Of a stretch of DNA of 64,000 bases, positions 62,201 to 64,000 are shown piece by piece (the stretch's first letter is position 1; each line of letters starts with the position of its first letter). Source of the DNA: Ophelia neglecta (lineage: Eukaryota); the NCBI GenBank assembly GCA_965285935.1, contig OZ260661.1:118792001-118856000 (forward strand), given 5' to 3'. Below the pieces are notes generated by a model that saw nothing but the letters and a program-made list of their open reading frames with translations, did not search any database and had not been told where the DNA came from. Made by a program: the position numbers and the translations under genes.

Positions 62201-62910
62201 TTTTACAATCCTCCTCTGTTCATGACATGTTCCTCAACTTCGGAGGGGTCAAACAGTTGATGCAGCTGATTCAAGTGGATTCCCTTCGGCAGGGGGTTCT
62301 CAAAGTTTTCCAAGTGCTGATCCTTCTAGATGAAAAGAAACAGATTCAAGCTAACCAAGGGTTACTATATTTACAATATGACATGGTTAACACAGACGAT
62401 GATTCTGTGACCGCAGTTGATGAAAGTAGTGACGTAGATTGTTCAAAGTCCGAGCAGACACCGCCAAAAAGCATCGAGCCACCGACAGTACTAGATTCAT
62501 TTATAGAGCTTCTTTTCCAAGGTATTTACAAAACTCAAAGTCTTTCTGCTGAAAATGAACAAAACATGCTGGACAGTGAACAGAATTTACCAAACAGTGA
62601 GCAGAACAAGCACCAATTGCCCAAAGAGCTTTCAAAGCTTTGTGATATATGGATGGCCTGTGATGGACTTTTTACTCAAAGTAGGAAATTCCGTCATGAG
62701 TTTTTAAGAAGAAACGGGCCAGCTTTTGCGCATGAGATTCTAATGAAATCCCTACAGAAGCTGGAGGTAGGGAGTCAGGAGACGGTGACCCATTTCTCCA
62801 TCTACAGTAGTGATGTGAACTCTGAGTTTGGCTGTGTGCTGGGCCTGGCCCAGGCTACACTCAATGTCTGTCTGACATGCTGCAGCAATAAGGCACTCTT
62901 CTCATCAGAG
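31326..62910 (+). CDS. LYST: Lysosomal trafficking regulator (Chediak-Higashi/beige BEACH protein), 5' part; coding exons 31326-31391, 43353-43432, 58229-58391, 58653-58749, 60182-62910; continues beyond the window
   Basis: MRSVSNILAGEFLVDIHRIC...DYLLAGRG...LSCGRELGELLVSLLP parallels the vertebrate LYST N-terminus. KCSRRRHKRCDYSSYTHHHHDILGL matches the LYST His/Cys motif. GT-AG introns with consistent phases. Confidence 0.88.
31495..31688. mobile_element. Tc1/mariner-type MITE (CAGTGGTCC family)
   Basis: ta|cagtggtcc...gggaccactg|ta; internal cgatgaagggac repeats; second copy at 62983-63166. Confidence 0.8.
33210..33888 (-). mobile_element. ~0.68-kb TIR element carrying only a THAP domain (probable internally deleted ISL2EU/PHIS-type transposon)
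   Basis: 54-bp inverted repeats 33210-33263 and 33835-33888 (2 mismatches) including flanking AT/AATT; encloses the THAP ORF. Confidence 0.75.
33391..33690 (-). CDS. THAP zinc-finger (C2CH) DNA-binding domain, 99 aa, transposase-derived and truncated
   Basis: MVFICEAAEC...WP...W...LCSRHF...GDPKYF matches the THAP C-x4-C...P...W...C-x2-H-F...P pattern; in-frame stops follow immediately. Confidence 0.7.
   Translation of the reverse strand: MVFICEAAECFSHSRKMKHLDKYPWMEQISWVKWPRDNPASVALWRRLVRREGKPSKENCTIVDKLNVNKRSRLCSRHFDPEQLDNKRGVAIGDPKYFA
33931..34568. mobile_element. PIF/Harbinger-type MITE hosting nested insertions
   Basis: TIR gggggtggtcattatttaca.gagggggg / cccccctcttgtaaataatgaccaccccc with TAA TSD. 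Confidence 0.8.
34149..34294 (+). mobile_element. Internally deleted HINE (same family as 45218-46390 and 56103-57237)
   Basis: Identical 5' end (ttatatccgcgaaatgcggata), (GCC)n, then directly the 3' end with subTIR and gctgtcgg-cccc-ccgacagc hairpin. Confidence 0.9.
36294..37260 (+). mobile_element. Degenerate HINE-like element with tgacct...caaggtca tandem units (second family; related head at 42672-42810)
   Basis: Head ttttgccccccac...gaagaaa...gggatatt, shared gatgaatttgttttgg.tgtaa; degenerate tandem units 36730-37250. Confidence 0.5.
37310..38382. mobile_element. Non-autonomous pogo/Tc1-like DNA transposon
   Basis: ta|ccgtatttgaccctttagaagcc ... ggcttctaaagggtcaaatacgg|ta; subterminal gggtgcg/gcggcttctaat motifs; no long ORF. 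Confidence 0.85.
43353..43432 (+). CDS. LYST: LYST second coding exon
   Basis: ttgttttcag|MKLKELERFLHTVLKWTVEEEQVPQFG|gtgagt; phase 0-2, in frame with 58229. Confidence 0.72.
45218..46390 (+). mobile_element. Helentron-associated interspersed element (HINE/DINE-1-like)
   Basis: subTIR atatccgcgaaatgcg / cgcattcgcggatat, GCC microsatellite, internal tandem arrays, 3' hairpin, ends ctagtt in a T-rich site. Confidence 0.88.
48905..50467. repeat. 44-bp minisatellite, ~35 copies
   Basis: Unit aaaccacaactgtaaaccatgataacatgactacaaaccagtct. Confidence 0.95.
50740..51714. mobile_element. Non-autonomous pogo/Tc1-like DNA transposon related to 37310-38382
   Basis: ta|ccgtgaatccccttttagaag ... cttctaaaatggggattcacgg|ta. 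Confidence 0.85.
52763..54000. repeat. 35/40-bp minisatellite grading into a variant unit; resumes at 54436-54550
   Basis: gatgtgtaggactgtctcagggactggcaggtcct(ggagt), then atatacccatagtggtatgtaagactgtctcagggactggc. Confidence 0.93.
54690..55085 (+). mobile_element. Decayed CR1/L2-type LINE reverse transcriptase fragment
   Basis: With frameshifts it translates to GVPRGSIIGPLFF...DL...FFADDSDVF...WLEANKLALNIKK. Confidence 0.8.
56103..57237 (+). mobile_element. HINE element, near-identical to 45218-46390, with pure (GCC)~25
   Basis: Same termini, hairpin and internal arrays. Confidence 0.9.
58229..58391 (+). CDS. LYST: LYST coding exon 3 (contains the Met equivalent to the vertebrate start, 58233)
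   Basis: DMRSVSNILAGEFLVDIHRICSESEEEDVSQLQDYLLAGRGCVILKVLATIGVK|gtaac. Confidence 0.9.
58653..58749 (+). CDS. LYST: LYST coding exon 4
   Basis: GLSCGRELGELLVSLLPMCMKFPSELSTRSSS|gtaag; phase 0-1. Confidence 0.88.
60182..62910 (+). CDS. LYST: LYST large coding exon 5 (2729 bp, ARM/HEAT-like region)
   Basis: tttcacag| acceptor, 909 uninterrupted codons, donor GAG|gtaagc; LYST His/Cys motif. Confidence 0.92.
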
Positions 62911-62982
62911 GTAAGCTGATTTGATTAGTTCTGATTGTGTCATTGTATTCATGCATGTGTTGTACCAAGCTTGTTACTAATA

Positions 62983-63166
62983 CAGTGACCCCTGCCATGT
63001 AGGGATGCCTCTAAATCCAAACAAAAGTGTCCCTACACAATATTAGCAGGTGTCCCTTCATCAGAAGGACATTAACAAAGGAAAGATATGGCATGGGTAT
63101 TAAAAAATGTCCTGTGGTCAGAGGAAGTCCCTTCATTTGAGGGTCCTTTCATCCCAGGGACCACTG
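62983..63166. mobile_element. Second, inverted and degenerate copy of the 31495-31688 MITE
   Basis: ta|cagtgacccc...cagggaccactg|ta; shared aggtgtcccttcatc. Confidence 0.7.
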
Positions 63167-63853
63167 TATACCAATTGGCGTCACTACTTATGTTAATATA
63201 TCACAAATATGGAGAAGTTTTTTGTTCTATATAATCTTGTTGTCTCTCTTTGATTGGTAATACTTGTTTCCTTGTCTTTAGCTGTCATTGGGCCCCTTAC
63301 AGGTAAATTTACTAAATGGCTACAGTATTATTTAGACTCCGCCGCCTATTTTGTATTATTTTTTCAAGGCATGCTAGTCACCACTTGAAAACACAATGTT
63401 ATATGTTGCCGATTTGGTTATAGCTGTGCATTCAAACCTTGGGATGTTACCCAGCAGGCAGATGTGCTTGTATACACCCAAACATACATCATTTGATGAC
63501 CTATACAACCTTATTGCATTCCTTTTTGAGATTTATAAAAAAAACACCTCCAAACCTAATATAAGCGTCCTTTTTTTTACTCCAACATAACAAAAATTGT
63601 ATTTATACATATGACCCTTTTGGACAATATATTCATAGGGGTTAAACAGTGTCTATGTGACATACATATACATGAGATTCATATGTATATATTAGGTTGT
63701 ATGTTTTTTGTTATCTTGCTTATAATAGTGCTCATATCTTATCTGCACTCATTTTTAAATGCATTGATAGATTTACTGTTTGGGCATGAATGTCTCCATT
63801 CACTGGCAGTACAATTTAATTTCTAGAATAAGGAATGTCTGTATAAATACATG

Positions 63854-63975
63854 TACAATGAAACCTGTGAATTGAGATCACACATATAGACAACACATGT
63901 GACTGAAGAATATCAATCTGATTACAGAGATGGTCTGTTAATATAGAGGTGGCCTTTAAGGCAGGTTTCACCATA
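63854..63975. mobile_element. Degenerate Tc1/mariner-type MITE
   Basis: tacaatgaaacctg ... caggtttcaccata. Confidence 0.5.
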
Positions 63976-64000
63976 CTCCAAGTTAGTTACATACAGGGCT

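Overview
This is AT-rich animal genomic DNA with introns, probably from a marine invertebrate. The repeat content (Helentron-associated elements, a tRNA-head SINE with a Meta/MESC-like core, frequent TACATGTA) resembles molluscs or other lophotrochozoans, but that is inference. Four protein-coding loci can be reconstructed by hand from splice sites and reading phases. (1) A small + strand orphan CDS (1457-1912) with four SAPW-type heptapeptide repeats. (2) A complete - strand CRELD gene (5' UTR exon near 14.0 kb, 13 shared coding exons 13129-9070). It has two mutually exclusive last exons, one membrane-anchored (CRELD1-like) and one soluble ending in RVEL (CRELD2-like). It also has an internal three-exon duplication and an exact ER-stress element (ERSE) in its promoter. 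(3) A - strand divergent Q50 homeobox gene, most likely two exons (20407-19400 + 17321-17055, 424 aa), with an unrecognised C-terminal domain. (4) The 5' part of LYST on the + strand, head-to-head with the homeobox gene. It includes two small distant exons adding about 50 aa ahead of the Met equivalent to the vertebrate start. Introns hold many MITEs (Tc1/mariner/pogo-, PIF/Harbinger- and hAT-like), HINE elements, a SINE, a CR1-type RT fragment, three minisatellites and a ~0.68 kb TIR element encoding only a THAP DNA-binding domain. All homology calls come from recognised motifs; no database search was run.
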